NCBI RefSeq assembly: GCF_009834535.1
Contig: NC_045702.1
Span: forward strand, 23,374,001 to 23,438,000
Direction of reading: 5' to 3'
DNA: 64,000 nt
Source of the DNA: Camelus ferus
Taxonomy: Eukaryota
Shown: positions 36,780 to 48,879 of the stretch, piece by piece
How positions within the stretch are numbered: the first letter of the stretch is position 1
Layout: every line of letters begins with the position of its first letter
Translations under genes and position numbers: made by a program
The notes under the pieces: generated by a model
What the model was told of the DNA's origin: nothing
Seen by the model: only the letters and a program-made list of their open reading frames with translations
Database searches by the model: none

Positions 36780-38400
36780 GCACTATTTGATAGAGTACGT
36801 GGTAATCTACTTTCATCCTCTAAAATCCATCTGATTTTCTGCAGGGGCCAGAGTGACATCTTAAACGGTGATATAACTAGATGTATGATGGGGACTACCA
36901 TCCCTGCATCCTTTAGATAGCACTAATCTCCTCCATTCTTCTCCTTACAATATTATTTTTTTTATTTATTATCTTGGTTGGGGAAGGGGAATATATTTCA
37001 GAGGTTTCTGGCCTTCCTGACAGCCCACATGCAACAACTTAGGGTTACCCCAGGTACAAAGTGTATCAACCCCAACAATACACTCTGGGTCTAGGTAAAT
37101 ACCACTGTGTGGGTATACAGACCTAGCAGACACTATAAGCTTAACATAGGCGAGGAGTCCATGTATTAGCCGGACTCACATGCTCCTATTCTAATAGGTG
37201 GCCATGATGACACTTTATTTCTCTGGGTATCAACATGCACTTGGGTCTAGTGGCCCTTGAAATCTTTGGATATCTCTCTTTTTCCAGTGTGTAGTCACCC
37301 AGATACCTTTGAAGGCAGACTGAGGGGATCATAACCACTTGAGTTACTGTGGTACTGCAGGTTCCTCTTTCCTGGAGACGAAGCTTCCTTGTTATTCAGT
37401 GGGTTCCAAGTGTGAAAACTGTCTCAGGAAAGGAAATTGAGAAAGAGACGATGACACTTTATTGGAGTAACTCCCTTCAGGTTCCTGATACTGCATCACT
37501 GATATCTTCCTGTAGAACAAGCTCAGGGGTACCCTTGTTGGCTGGCTCTCTCTTTTTCCCCTTGACTACTGTGTTCCATCAATCATCTTGTAACTCCCTG
37601 TGATCCAGGGCCCTTGGCTGGCACTCTGACCCTTTCCTTTTCTATAATAATTGCGTCCACAAAGCTTCAGTCAATTAACTGACTCCCAGCCTCTATAGGT
37701 TCCAAGTTATATAATTCTCATTACTTCAAGTGAACCTAGTTATGTCTTGACCTCTGCTAACATCAGCTCTGGATTAAAAAGAAAAGCCAACAGGGAACAT
37801 TTTAGTTATGCTTAAATCAGTCCCCTCACCTGTTTTTCTAACACTCTTGCTTTTCTCAAGTCCTGATGCACATATCAAATCTCTTCTCATTTATTAGTGT
37901 AGGTCTATACCTCTAGCTATCTCCCCTCCAAAACAAGACACACTGCCATCAGTCCCTCCCAGTAGAATTTCCTTCCTTCAGAACCACATTCTGAATGGAT
38001 CCAAACTGCAGCAGTATTTGTCTTTTGTCTGATGCTAACATATCATGCACATCCGCTATAAGCCAGGTTCGACCTATCTTTCTTCGTCAACATGATATAT
38101 AGGACACCTCATGATAACACAGTGTAGACTGAAGGATGGCTGGAGGTACAGCAGCAATAAGCACTGTGGGAGACTGAGACATGTGCCCATGCCTTTTCTC
38201 CATTTACAAGGAGGCCGTCATTATTTTCTTTATACAGTATTAGTAACCCAATGCAAGAATCCCAGCATGAGTTATCTGTTCTCTGGGACTCTTGGTGGCA
38301 AGAACTTGATAGGAAATCAGAGTCTTTCTGGAAAACAGAAACCACTTGAGGATTAAAACTGACTCTCTTTAATCTAGGGATTTAATCTATAAGAACATAT
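36780..38400 (-). mobile_element. Second, older class III ERV internal fragment (gag-pro-RT start)
   Basis: The minus strand gives VTTHWKKRDIQRFQGPLDPSA (protease, about 37298-37240) and, across a frameshift, VVPII..SPF..LWPLQK / SDGF*RMKVDY (RT start, about 36900-36795). Both are homologous to the ERV-L remnants at 22 kb. Confidence 0.7.
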
Positions 38401-40204
38401 GAGTATATCCCTCAATAAATGCAAAATATTTGAACTATCATTGAATTTACATTTTTATCCTTGCAGTAATATTATGTTGGCGTATTCATTAGAATAATTT
38501 AAGTGGATTTTATGATATTTCAAGATTTTACAAATTTTTATGCTTTCTCTCATAAAGCAATGGCTTAAAAAGCTTGATTTCTAAGGAATTCCATAGGAAA
38601 ACATACTTACTTTTAACATTAGCTTTCTTCTTAGCAATTTCTACTCCTCATTATCAGTATATATTTAGCTTTGAATAAACCTCCAAACATAGAATTTGAC
38701 TTTCTCTGATGAAATAATTTTGAAAAAACTGGTGTCAGTTGACTAATGGGAAGTAAAAAATATAAACTATCCATCTCACAGTGCTTTTTCACGTGTCTCA
38801 GTTATTGCACACTACTTTAAATTCCAATTTAGCATCCCATTTGCAAAATTGGCCATTTGGACCTTTTTATGTTCAAACCTGTTGTAAGCTATTATTAATG
38901 CATTTACAGCACACTAGCTAGCAATGGCACCTTGATAAATTGTAATCGGCATTAGCTAATTTTCTTTTGTAAGAGCTGTAACTTCTACGAACCTAAGGAT
39001 ATTGATCATCAGCACAATGATCCATGTCACAAGCATCTCCATTTATCACCACCTCATTTTCATTAATGGCATTAGTAAACACTTTAATTCACTTCCTCAA
39101 GTCAACAGGATGTGATAGATAAATACAAGGTTTGGAGCGAAAGTGAGATGTTTTGTACCTATTCTAACGGTGACACAAAAGCTTAAATATTGATGAAGCA
39201 TCATTCACAGCACATCACTGTGGATGCTGGGTATTTAAAGAATCAGTTTCAACCTTTAAAACTGATAGCTCCTTCTTACTGGTATTTTCAAATATGTTAT
39301 AAATACAGCATTTTTTTCCAAATATAAATTGATTGTAAAGCATGTGTGTCACATCTTGAAACAACCCTTTCTAATCTAGAGTGTGAATAAATCCACATCA
39401 AGAATTTTTTTTAACAGAAAGTGCTTTCTCACCATGAATAATCCAAGCATACTCAACCATTTCAGTGTATGTATCTCAGATGTCTGGAGAGAGGGAGGCT
39501 TCTTCTGCTAAGAGTATTAGAATAGACAACTTTATTTCCTTTCACCACTGGAGAGAATGGGGGAAAAGAGAGCACTGTTTTTGATGAAAAACAAACTAGG
39601 AGCCCACATCTAAGTAAACCTCAGAACTCTCATTTTAATTCCTACCACAGTGCGTAAAATTATGTGGTACACTGTTAAGCAATCATCGATGAAAATATTA
39701 TGCTATGATAGCCTGATAACTAAGATATGGTTTATAACCAAAAGGCAGTGTAGTTACAAACAGAGGCTTTAAAATGACTATGTTCACATGCATTCACTTC
39801 TGTAGACATCTTTATTTCACCTGTCTTCCATCTAGAATATTTATGGAAATTTAGTTCAGGTTCACTACACCTTTAAATTGCTTAAATGCCACACTGACCT
39901 GATAGAATCCAAGATAGGAAAAGCAGAAATAAAAAGGAGAAATGTATGATACATAAGGCAATATGCTAAATGTCCGACCAGAAAATTCTCTACCGCCTCC
40001 CTATTCAGACAGCATTGGTAGAGGCGGCATTGACATTAGATAATTTTCACTTATTCGTATATTCTTAAATGTGATCCAAAAGTAACTGCTATTAAACTAA
40101 AATAATGACAATAATCATAAGTAAACAAAACTCTTCCACTATGTAAATGTGTTTTATCCTGGACAGGTTATGTAGAAAGACAGCTAATTGCACCACGGTT
40201 CCTG

Positions 40205-40405
40205 GAAGCAGAGTCCCTGAGTGCAACTACTACTTATAAGACGTTGAGCAAGTTGCTTATTCTCTATTGACTTCGCTTTTCTCAGATGCAAAATGGGGAT
40301 AATAATATACTTACCTTATAGGTTTGTCATGCGGATTACATGAATTAGCATTAAGAAATGCTTAGAACAATAAAAAGAACACTGAGTCTTAAAAATATTA
40401 TTGCT
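40205..40405 (+). mobile_element. MIR
   Basis: ttgagcaagttgcttattctct...cagatgcaaaatggggatataatatacttaccttataggtttgtcatgcggattacatga. Confidence 0.75.
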
Positions 40406-40534
40406 TTTTCTGCTGTGAATCTGGGAAACTACATGACTGAGGCTTGCGTGTGCTGTCCAGAAGAAAGCATATCTTTGATGGTAAGCCTATCTCTATACAT
40501 GAAGCACTCGATGTGCTGTTAATTGTTCACGTGA

Positions 40535-40900
40535 ACATGGATATAGAGAACAGGTTAGGTTGGTGGTCACCTGAGGCAGTGGGAAAGAGGGTCAAAATAA
40601 ATGAGAGGGTCAAAAGGTACAAATTTCCTGTTATAAAATGAGTAACTCATGGGGATGTAATATACAGCATAATGTAATGTACAGTAGTTAATAATACTGT
40701 GCTGCGTTTTAGAAAACAGCTAGGGGAGTGGATCTTGAAAGCTTCCACAAGAAAAAAATTTTGTAAATATGTATGGTGATGGGTGTTAACTGAACTTACT
40801 GTGGTGATCATTTTGCAATGTGTACAAATATTGAATCATTACACTGTACACTGAAACTAATACATTACACCATTTAAACATCAATACATTTTCAATATGT
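40535..40900 (+). mobile_element. L1 (L1MA8/9-like) 3' UTR
   Basis: gggtcaaaaggtacaaatttcctgttataaaatgagtaactcatggggatgtaatatacagcat...ttactgtggtgatcattttgcaatgtgtacaaatattgaatc. Confidence 0.85.
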
Positions 40901-42420
40901 TTATGAATCATTAGTAAGTTTTGGTGTCTTTTTTATTTTGTTATATTTACCAATTATTTATTATATTCTGATGCATATGTTCTGGTAAGAAAAATATTAT
41001 TTATACTAGGTTTTTATATAGTGACTTTTCAGGGTCTTCCAGTGAATAACTTATTTTATAATGTGTCTTCTCTGATTTGTGAAACCAGACTTTATTTTAG
41101 ATGACAAATTAGGTTAAGGGAAAAACTGAGTGCTCTGAACTTTTTGTGGAATCCACAGTCCCAAGTACATCCAACAATTAATGAATCACTTCAGTTTTTT
41201 TAGTTTTGTTTTGTTTTGTAGAGTGTGGATATAGTGATATAAACAGAAAAAAAGTTTATTCAGGAATATGTTCAATAGCTTAAAATTCAATAGTTTCTTG
41301 GAAAGAATAAACACAAGTAAATCACTATACGTGATGCATTATTTCTCAAAGATGTTGAGCATGTACTACTTTGGCGGTACAATGTTTCACTTTTACATAT
41401 TTAGAATTTCCTGAGTTGTGTTTAATTTCCTCTAGTAGGAGTTGGCAGAAAAACTGACATTGGATTTCAGTTACTTTTTCTGGAAAATAAAATAATTTAT
41501 CACATTAACAAGGCCATTTCTTCTGTCATAATATTCTAACAGAGACTCACATTGGGCTGTCTTCTAACTGGGTTAACTTCACCATCTAAAACCTAAAATA
41601 CACTAAAATTTTAGTGGATATGATTCATTTGAAAATATCAGTTTCAGAAAACAGAACTGTATTGTCATCATTACACTGGACATTTATTTTTAAATTGGCA
41701 ATATAAAACATTGTTAAATAATGGCTCCTTAATAAACTTAATTTTGTCTGCCCACATTTCCTGGTGTATATACAAATCGTGGCTAGCTATATGTGTGTGT
41801 GTCTACTTCTAGTGCATCATTTTGGCTTTCTCCCATTAGGATGATGGTATGACATGACGGATATAAAACACTGATTAACTAATCCACTCCAGGCCTTCAA
41901 ATTGCCCATTTGAGGAGTGGAAGACTTTCTGTAAAAGCAGGGTACTAGGTCTTTATACTGTCATTCAAATCAGTGTATTATATGTAAGGAAAAATAAAAC
42001 AGTTAATGATGCAAATAGATACACCATAACAAGTTCTCTAATACTGCCCATATTCTCTAAGTATCTTCAGCAAGTTCTCAAAAATTGCTCAGGTTCTCAA
42101 AAATTCTTCACATATTAGTTTTTTTCAATTTCTCTTGCTACTATTGTTGCATGGCAGAGGTTTATTACATTTATTTCCCCTCCTTCCTTTCCTTCCTCTC
42201 TTAAAAGAAACGGGGCTTTATTCAGAGTTTATTCTCCACATTGTCCTCGGAACATTTTTCCACTGGCAAAGGACACCTCTCTACGTCTGCCACATCTCCA
42301 GCCCCATACTGTATTTAGTTTTTAATCCCCACCAAGTCAGAGTTCGATTAAATAGAGCATTTTAAATGTTTTTATTTTTAATTTTGTGCTTTCTATAGTG
42401 GCTCATAAAGCATGTAACAC

Positions 42421-42936
42421 TGTGGTAACATAAATGACACCCTCCAAAAGATGTCCACATCCTAAATCCCAGAACCCATGAATGTAAAAGGGACTTTGCA
42501 AGGTGTGGTTCCCTGCATGTAAAAGGGACTTCACAAGGTGTGTTTAATTAAGGATCTTGAGATGGGAAGATTATCCTGAATGATCTGCATGGGTCCAACC
42601 TATGCAGATCACAAATGTCCTTATAAGAAGGAGGTAAGGAGAATCAGAATCAGAGAGAGAAGACATAAGGATGGAAGCAAATGTAGGAGAGCAGAGAAGA
42701 TGCAATGGTGCTGGCTTTGAAGATGGAGGAAAGGGTGCAAACCAAGGAATATAGGTGGCTTCTAGAAGCTGCAAAAGGCAAGGAAACAGATTTTTCCCTA
42801 GAGCTCCAAGAAGGAATATACTCTTGAGGATCTGTTTTAGAATTCTAACCTCCAGAACTGTGAGATAATAAATTTGCATTGTGTTATGCCACAGGTTGGT
42901 GGTAATGCATTAGAGCAGCAACAGGAAACTAATACA
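42421..42936 (+). mobile_element. MLT1D MaLR solo LTR
   Basis: TGtgg...aaagatgtccacatcctaaatccc...gctggctttgaagatggagg...ctccagaactgtgagataataaatttg...agcagcaacaggaaactaataCA. Confidence 0.9.
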
Positions 42937-43479
42937 GACATATATGAGCACTGAACACATTTGCTGATTGATTATACCTCACCTCCCTTTTTGCTTGTCA
43001 TTACTGCAACTGCATGCATATTTTCCACACATTTAGTATCTTCCTACTTCTCTGTCTCCCTAAACACTGACGTCTCAAAGAATCATTTTTCAGTGACTAT
43101 GAAGCTATGAAGCTCATTCAACTCTGTAATTTCCTTTATTTACTTACAAATGGTGGATTATTGAGAAACGCCAAAGAATGCTGAAGATTACTAACAGAAT
43201 AAAGACTAAAATTAAATCGTAGAAGTATATAAAATAGCGAAAGTGTGGGTGTTCCATAGATTTGACTGAAATTTGTCAGGGCAGGTGGCACAGGTGCCAA
43301 CATTCCTTAAAATCGTTAGTCATAATCGTTAGTCATATTTTCTGATTTAGATGTGCTCTATAGAAGCAGCTGTTGATTAATGCATTATGAAAATCAATTA
43401 CTATGATGATAAAATTCTGAATCTAAAAGAGGATCATGATGTTTATTACCATATTTAGTAATACATTCAGTAATAATTA

Positions 43480-43640
43480 TACTAATAATAGCATTTAAAA
43501 ATAAATACTAAGTAGATACTTTATGCCAGTGGTTTTCATATACTATTTCATTTAATGCTTACTACAATTGTCTGAGACAGGTACTATTAACAACTTTTAT
43601 AAAAGGAACTGAATGAAGCACGGCAATTCGCCTAAAGTCA
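43480..43640 (-). mobile_element. MIR
   Basis: ctatttcatttaatgcttactacaattgtctgagacaggtactatt. Confidence 0.65.
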
Positions 43641-45095
43641 AATTCACTTAAATTTTGAATGTCCTTGCTACACAGATGAAAATTTAATTGTCACAAGTAT
43701 GTTCGTAGGCCACTTACTTTATTTCTGAAAGACCATTAATATATCTAACCCTTAACCAAAACTGAAAGCTGTTAATTTAAAATTCTCATTTTTTAAAGTA
43801 ATGGGTTGAGAAGTATTTAACTTGTCTATGCAGTAATTGTCTATTTTAACTATCTCTTTCATTCCTAATGACAAGTTTGTTTTCAATTTAACAAAATGTA
43901 TCACGTTCTTTATTGTCAGTAAATGACATTTAACACAATGTGGGAAAGATGAAATTCACATAGCCTAGGAGGAAGGGGAGGCAAACAAATTATTTAAATA
44001 TGCTTCTTTCAAAGTAGAAATAAACAAATAACTAATTCAAGTTTTATTTAAATCACAGTAACTTACTATTATTCTATAACTGATTAAAGATATAATTTAT
44101 TAGTGAAGCTATCAGTATTATGATTGAAGAGAAGCACCAAATGACACTAAGGGAGGGAATCCACTCACGTGCATCGCCTCCTACAGGCTCCTACTCCCAC
44201 TTTGCCTGTTCATCGACATTACCTATAGTGGCTGCCAAGCAAGTACATTTCCACAGGGAATTTGTCATCTGTTTTTGTTACTGTTTTGCCTGCCGCTTTT
44301 ACTGGGTTGGCAGCCATGCTAGACATTGACTTCCAGTTATTTTTCTTTTTATGACAACTGAAAAAAATAAGTTGTAAACTGTCAGCTCTCATCCATCACT
44401 GTATTATCATGAACCAGTCCATGGACCTCATCTAATCTATTCTCTAGCCTTTAGGTAGGATTATATTTAAAAAAAAAAAAAAGGCAGCCCAAAATCTACT
44501 GGATATTTAATCTGTTTCAAAAGCACCAGGGAAAGACTACTGAGATTTTTGGCATTCTTTTAAGTGCCATATGGCAATTTGGTTCTTTTGACTATTTTAT
44601 GATGTTAGTAAATATTTATTATTGGTATTGGCTTTCAGTCAGTGGTGACAGAAATAGGTAGGATGAGAAAGACAAATTACATCTAAAAGGAGCTAATTAA
44701 CACACCTGTAAAGACAATTAGATTACTATATGGCTTTAAAGTAAAATCACATGACAGCTTAAGATACTGGTTTCATCACAGATAGCTGGAAAGGAAACAA
44801 TGTAAGAATCTGCGTTGTCAATGCCAAACATCAGTTAGTTTTTAACAACTGTGAAAAGTACCACATGGTACAATTTACCCATGGATTCTAATAGGATAGA
44901 TACAATTCAGTCAAACTATATTATAACCTTTAAAATAAAAGGAATAACTAGTGCCTTAATTCAATGGCCAATAAATCCTTATCCCTATAAGCACTTAAAT
45001 ATGTGTGTGGCTCTGCAGATACTGGAGTCCCGTAACCATACTGTGGTTAGTATTAGAATTACGCAATTGCACGTAGTATTATGCAGTCAAACTGC

Positions 45096-45571
45096 CTGTA
45101 GTAGATTGTCTAAGTGGCTCCAATTCTTTAACCATTCCTTTACTATATCCTTTCACATGTGACTTTCATGTTTCTCTCACTAAGTGGGTGGAGTATGTTT
45201 CTCCATACCTTTACTTTGAGTCCAACCCTGTGACTTGTTGCAGCCAACTGAATGTTATCAGGTAGCAAAAATGTGTGTACAGTTGGGCTTATGTCCCTTG
45301 CAACTCTGACATTTCCATAAGAAGGCCTTCTCTGGATAGCTTTTGCACCTCAGCCAGGACCACAGAGTGAGTGCACACAGAACGTGTATAAAGAACATCT
45401 GAGTCCTAACTTCACAGAAGGCCTAGCCAGATCCGTTCCTTGAAGCAGAGCCATCTAGCCTGTCCATCTGATTCCTGCTAATCCACAAACTCATAAGCCA
45501 AAAAAAAAATCTGTGGCTGAGATTCTGTAGTTTACATTAGGACGTTATTGTGGCAATAGATAATTGATACG
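45096..45571 (+). mobile_element. MLT1H/I-like solo LTR
   Basis: tgtagtagattg...gtggagtatgtttctccatacc...ctgtgacttg...gttattgtggcaatagataattgatac. Confidence 0.75.
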
Positions 45572-46364
45572 TTGTCTCTCCATGATTTCTGTTTATTACT
45601 TGAGTAGCTATAATCTTAATATCCAGTTTGTACTTATGAAGTATTTATTGAATAAATGTGAAAAATGAACTAAAATACTACATGAACATTTCAGAGTATT
45701 AGTGCATGCTCTTCTAGAAGAAAATTTCTAATTATGATTTAGCAGCAACATTAGAACAATATTAAAACTGTTTTGTATGTGTTCTGCTTCAATTATTAAA
45801 GACAATTTATATTTATGTCTACGTCTTTAAAAAAAAAAATCCCATAAGGATATACAGTTAGGATACTGTGTTCAAAATTTACTTAAAAAATTATTTTTGT
45901 CCTGCTGTTGTTTAGTTATCTTATCGATTTGAATTACAGTTAGTTTCATTGGTTCCTTTTCGTATTTGATTTTAGAATGTGCATTTTGGGTCCTATTTAG
46001 GAAATCTTTTCCTGGGTTCTCAAGGATATTGTCCTACATTATTTTCTAGAAGATATATTCATTTGCTTTCACATTTTGATCAACAATCCTCTTGAAGTTG
46101 ATTTTTGAGAACAATTTTAGTTAGGGGTAAAATTTAATGTCTGCTTCCAAATAGCTCCAGAGCAAATTATTTAAGACTGCATGTTGCACTGCCCAGAAAT
46201 GTCACTTCTGCTTTAAACTGGTGTCCTTATATGCAAGTATCTAGTTTAGGATTCTCTATGCTTCAATCTGTGGTTTAAGATCATTTATTGGATATAGAAA
46301 ATCCTAGCTACTTTCACTTTGGATATTTTTATTTCCTTTGGAAATTTTTATTTCCTTTGGAACA

Positions 46365-46780
46365 AGATTCTTAATACTTTTTGTAACTGCGATACCCTTG
46401 ACAGTCTTATAAATATCTAAATCCCTTCTCAGACTAATCTTTTCAAATATGCATTATTTTAGATAGGGAACAAATTACAATGAACAGTTATCAACATATT
46501 AACAAATTATAATATGTTAATGCATATTTTTATTAATTATTTTATTATTTAACCTAACAAAATCTAGCTTTGGTTCAAAAAACTACTCTAAACTAATGAT
46601 GAGTATCAATGTTATCTAGAGTGTCTCCAACACTAAGAATATAAACACATCTACGTTTTGCTACTGGCAAATCTCAGGCACTGCAATTAATATTGTTGTG
46701 TGATACTTATATTCTTAATGGAAGAAAAATTTCAATTTGAGCTAGAGATTAGTAAAAGCAAATGGGCATTTTTTCCCATC
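46365..46780. mobile_element. hAT-Charlie DNA transposon remnant
   Basis: gattcttaatactttttg...cccttctcagactaat...aatttcaatttgagctagagattagtaaaagc...ttttttcccatc resembles Charlie-family sequence. Confidence 0.6.
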
Positions 46781-46782
46781 TC

Positions 46783-47116
46783 TGTTAGTTCCCTAGGTAG
46801 AGCTGCACTAATGGAGTACCACAAACTACACAGCTTAGAATAACACAAATTTACTGTCTCACAGTTCTGAAGAACAGAAATCCTTAAGTGTCAACAGAGC
46901 CACACTACTCCTAAAGGCACTATAGAAAGATCTGTTCCAATCCTCTCTCCTAGCTCTGGCAGCCTCATGCATTCCTTGGCTTGTAGATGGATGTCTAAAC
47001 TTGCCCTTTTTATGAGGAAAGCAATCATACTGGATTGGGGTGCAGCCTCCTCCAGTCTGACCTCATCTTAACTATTACCTGCAATGACCCTATTACCAAA
47101 TAAGGTCACATAAGTC
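46783..47116 (-). mobile_element. MLT1B/C-like LTR
   Basis: gtaccacaaactacacagcttag...aatttactgtctcacagttctg...ccttggcttgtagat...gacctcatcttaact...ccaaataaggtcaca. Confidence 0.8.
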
Positions 47117-48879
47117 CTGGTCTATCAGTCTTCATTGCCTTAGTACCTCTTTTGCAACTATTGTTTTCCTCATTAGGAGCATTTCTTGTATTTCTGGAAA
47201 AGGAAACCACCTTAAAGCTATTCTGTTAAAGCTGGAGATAGACATATATAAGAATATCCTAGCACAAAGTAAATGCTTTCATTGCCATTATATTTTTTAG
47301 CAGCCCCTTTGTTTTTATTTCATGAGTTCTTCATAACTGATCATTTTAACTGATATAACTGATCAGATTTTTCTTATAACTGATTATATTTTTCTTACTG
47401 ATGTGTCTGCTAGAAAATAAACAAACATGGACAACAAGATCTGATCACATGCACTATTTATCCCACCTCTGACATAACTGTATTTGGTTTTTCCTTTCCT
47501 TCTGTCCTGTTTGTCATTTTTGTATGTTTTCTTCAGTTCATTTTTTTATCTGTATTCTGTAAAACTGTCAAGTAAACATACTTAATAAGAATATATTTCA
47601 TTAACATTTTATATGGTTTAATCACTTTTATATTATTGTATTAGTGTCTACATAAATATCAATTCTATTTACAGAATCATTAACAAATTCTCTATATTTG
47701 AGCATTTGACCAGGTAAACCCAAGTTCATTATTTTATTAATAAAAATATATTAAATGGTCACCAAGTGCTATAATAAATTAAACATTAAATTTTGTTTTA
47801 ATATATTCAAAATTTAATCTTTTATAGCAGAAATATATAGTGCTTTAAAAAGACTATTATTAAGAGGCAATTTTAAATACTTCTTTGGACAACTGCTTAC
47901 AGTAGACACTGTTTTCATATTTCAATAACAAGTGTAGAGCTAAAATCTAGAAATATATATTTTAGGACATATGCTGAGTTTTTGAGAGAAAAAAATTATG
48001 TGTTTCAGTTGGAAAACCATTGCATAGCTTTGTACTTCTTACACATAGAAATATAAGACAACACACAAAAAGGGAGAGGATGTAACTAGAAAAGAGAGAG
48101 GAAATATATCCTTAGCTTCATCTTGGCAGTATTTATGATGTTCAGAAAATAGCCAGAAAGATAACATAGATACACATAATACCAAGAAAAGTCAAGCTGA
48201 GAAAAGAAAGCCCCTAACAGTCAGAATAGCACTGACTAGTCAGATCATTTGAGGGTCTTTCCATTACAAAGAAGCCTGAAGTTTCAGAATTTGAATATGT
48301 TGAAAAAAGATACCTGACTCAGGCGAGGTCTGATGGTGAATTTTTTTTTATGGTAGATTTTTAAAAAATGATTTTCTTAAATTTGAGAATTGAAATGTGT
48401 GAGAGTTGTAATAGCTAATTGAGGGAATACAAACATTTAAAACTGTTAACTTCTATCTAGGCATTTATTCTTAAAATTTTACTTATTTTGCATACTCTGT
48501 GTTTTGAATACCATATTGATCATTTGGTTTATCATTTTCAATCTCCTCCCTCTGCGTTTCCTCCCTTAAAAAACGAAAAAGTTCAAAGACTCACAAGAAC
48601 AGAGTAAATCATGCATCCATATAGAGTAATAGCAATTATCAACATTCTGCCAGTCTTTTATTTATACCTCAATGAGAAGTTATTTTTTTCTAAATATTTC
48701 AAAGTAATTTTTCAGGTATCATTCTTATTTTACCTACAAGTGCTTTGAAATGTATTGAAATTTATTTCTGTAAGGAGTTCATGGTATAAACATTTGTCAA
48801 AATGAATCAATTTGCATACTTTCAAAATGTAAAATTTATTTTATGGCAATAATAATATAATAGAGCTTACAAAATGAAG

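Noticed and set aside
42571-42879. 102-aa minus-strand ORF
   Set aside because: It lies entirely antisense within the MLT1D LTR, a common spurious ORF.
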